A DNA stretch of 64,000 nucleotides, from contig CM060732.1 of NCBI GenBank assembly GCA_030704615.1, positions 8,618,001 through 8,682,000 on the forward strand. The letters run 5' to 3'. The translations under genes and the position numbers were made by a program. The notes beneath the pieces are model-generated. The model made no database searches, was not told where the DNA came from, and saw nothing but the letters and a program-made list of their open reading frames with translations. Numbering within the stretch: position 1 is the stretch's first letter; every line of letters begins with the position of its first letter. Below, one piece after another: positions 63,711 to 64,000 of the stretch. Origin of the DNA: Takakia lepidozioides (Eukaryota > Plantae > Bryophyta).

Positions 63711-64000
63711 AATGGCCCCACAACTGCTTCTGTTGGATCTCAGTTTGAATGGAATATTGCCTCATTCCAGGAGTTTTGGGGTGCATTTCATTACACTGCA
63801 AAAAAAAGTCTGATACAGCAAAATGCAATTGAAAATATCCATATGGAGGATTCCCTTTGCCCCATCAATGATTTCTGGAATCCCTAAGGAGGAGTTTGTG
63901 CAGCTTGTTCACGCTCAACGCCGGTGCATGAATAAAGTCATCAATAGTCACGTTCATCCTCAACCTCTTCAGGTAAATGTAATACAGATGCTTGCACGGA

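Overview
This is a transposon-saturated, heavily decayed window of plant genomic DNA. It is most like a bryophyte or other early-diverging land plant, an inference from TE content, spliceosomal introns and a telobox. No intact host housekeeping gene is visible. The centre (about 20475-46490) is a minus-strand non-chromoviral Ty3/Gypsy element (A1) with a second full-length member of the same family (A2, 24344-37057) nested inside it in the opposite orientation. The family has an extra 5' ORF that starts inside the LTR and a long extra 3' ORF, and there is a solo LTR at 59793-60838. Other debris includes L1-like LINE pieces, MULE-like SWIM and GCM/WRKY-type transposase pieces, a chromodomain Gypsy, CACTA pieces and a hAT-like MITE. 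The main result is three DNA-methyltransferase relics embedded in mobile DNA. (1) A Gypsy polyprotein has a DNMT3-like C5-cytosine methyltransferase fused in frame after the protease and upstream of RT (about 7980-10100); it is split by a hAT-like insertion whose removal restores the frame. (2) A multi-exon gene fuses a ParB/Srx-like domain to a beta-class N6-adenine/N4-cytosine methyltransferase (46491-51322), and its introns carry seven related palindromes with a shared 28-bp core. (3) A diverged paralogue of that methyltransferase (59220-61873) has the same intron positions but its own, different palindrome in its introns and downstream. Items 2 and 3 suggest an undescribed eukaryotic 'ParB-methyltransferase plus cognate palindrome' module. 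All copies here are pseudogenised, and domain calls come from manual motif reading, not database searches.
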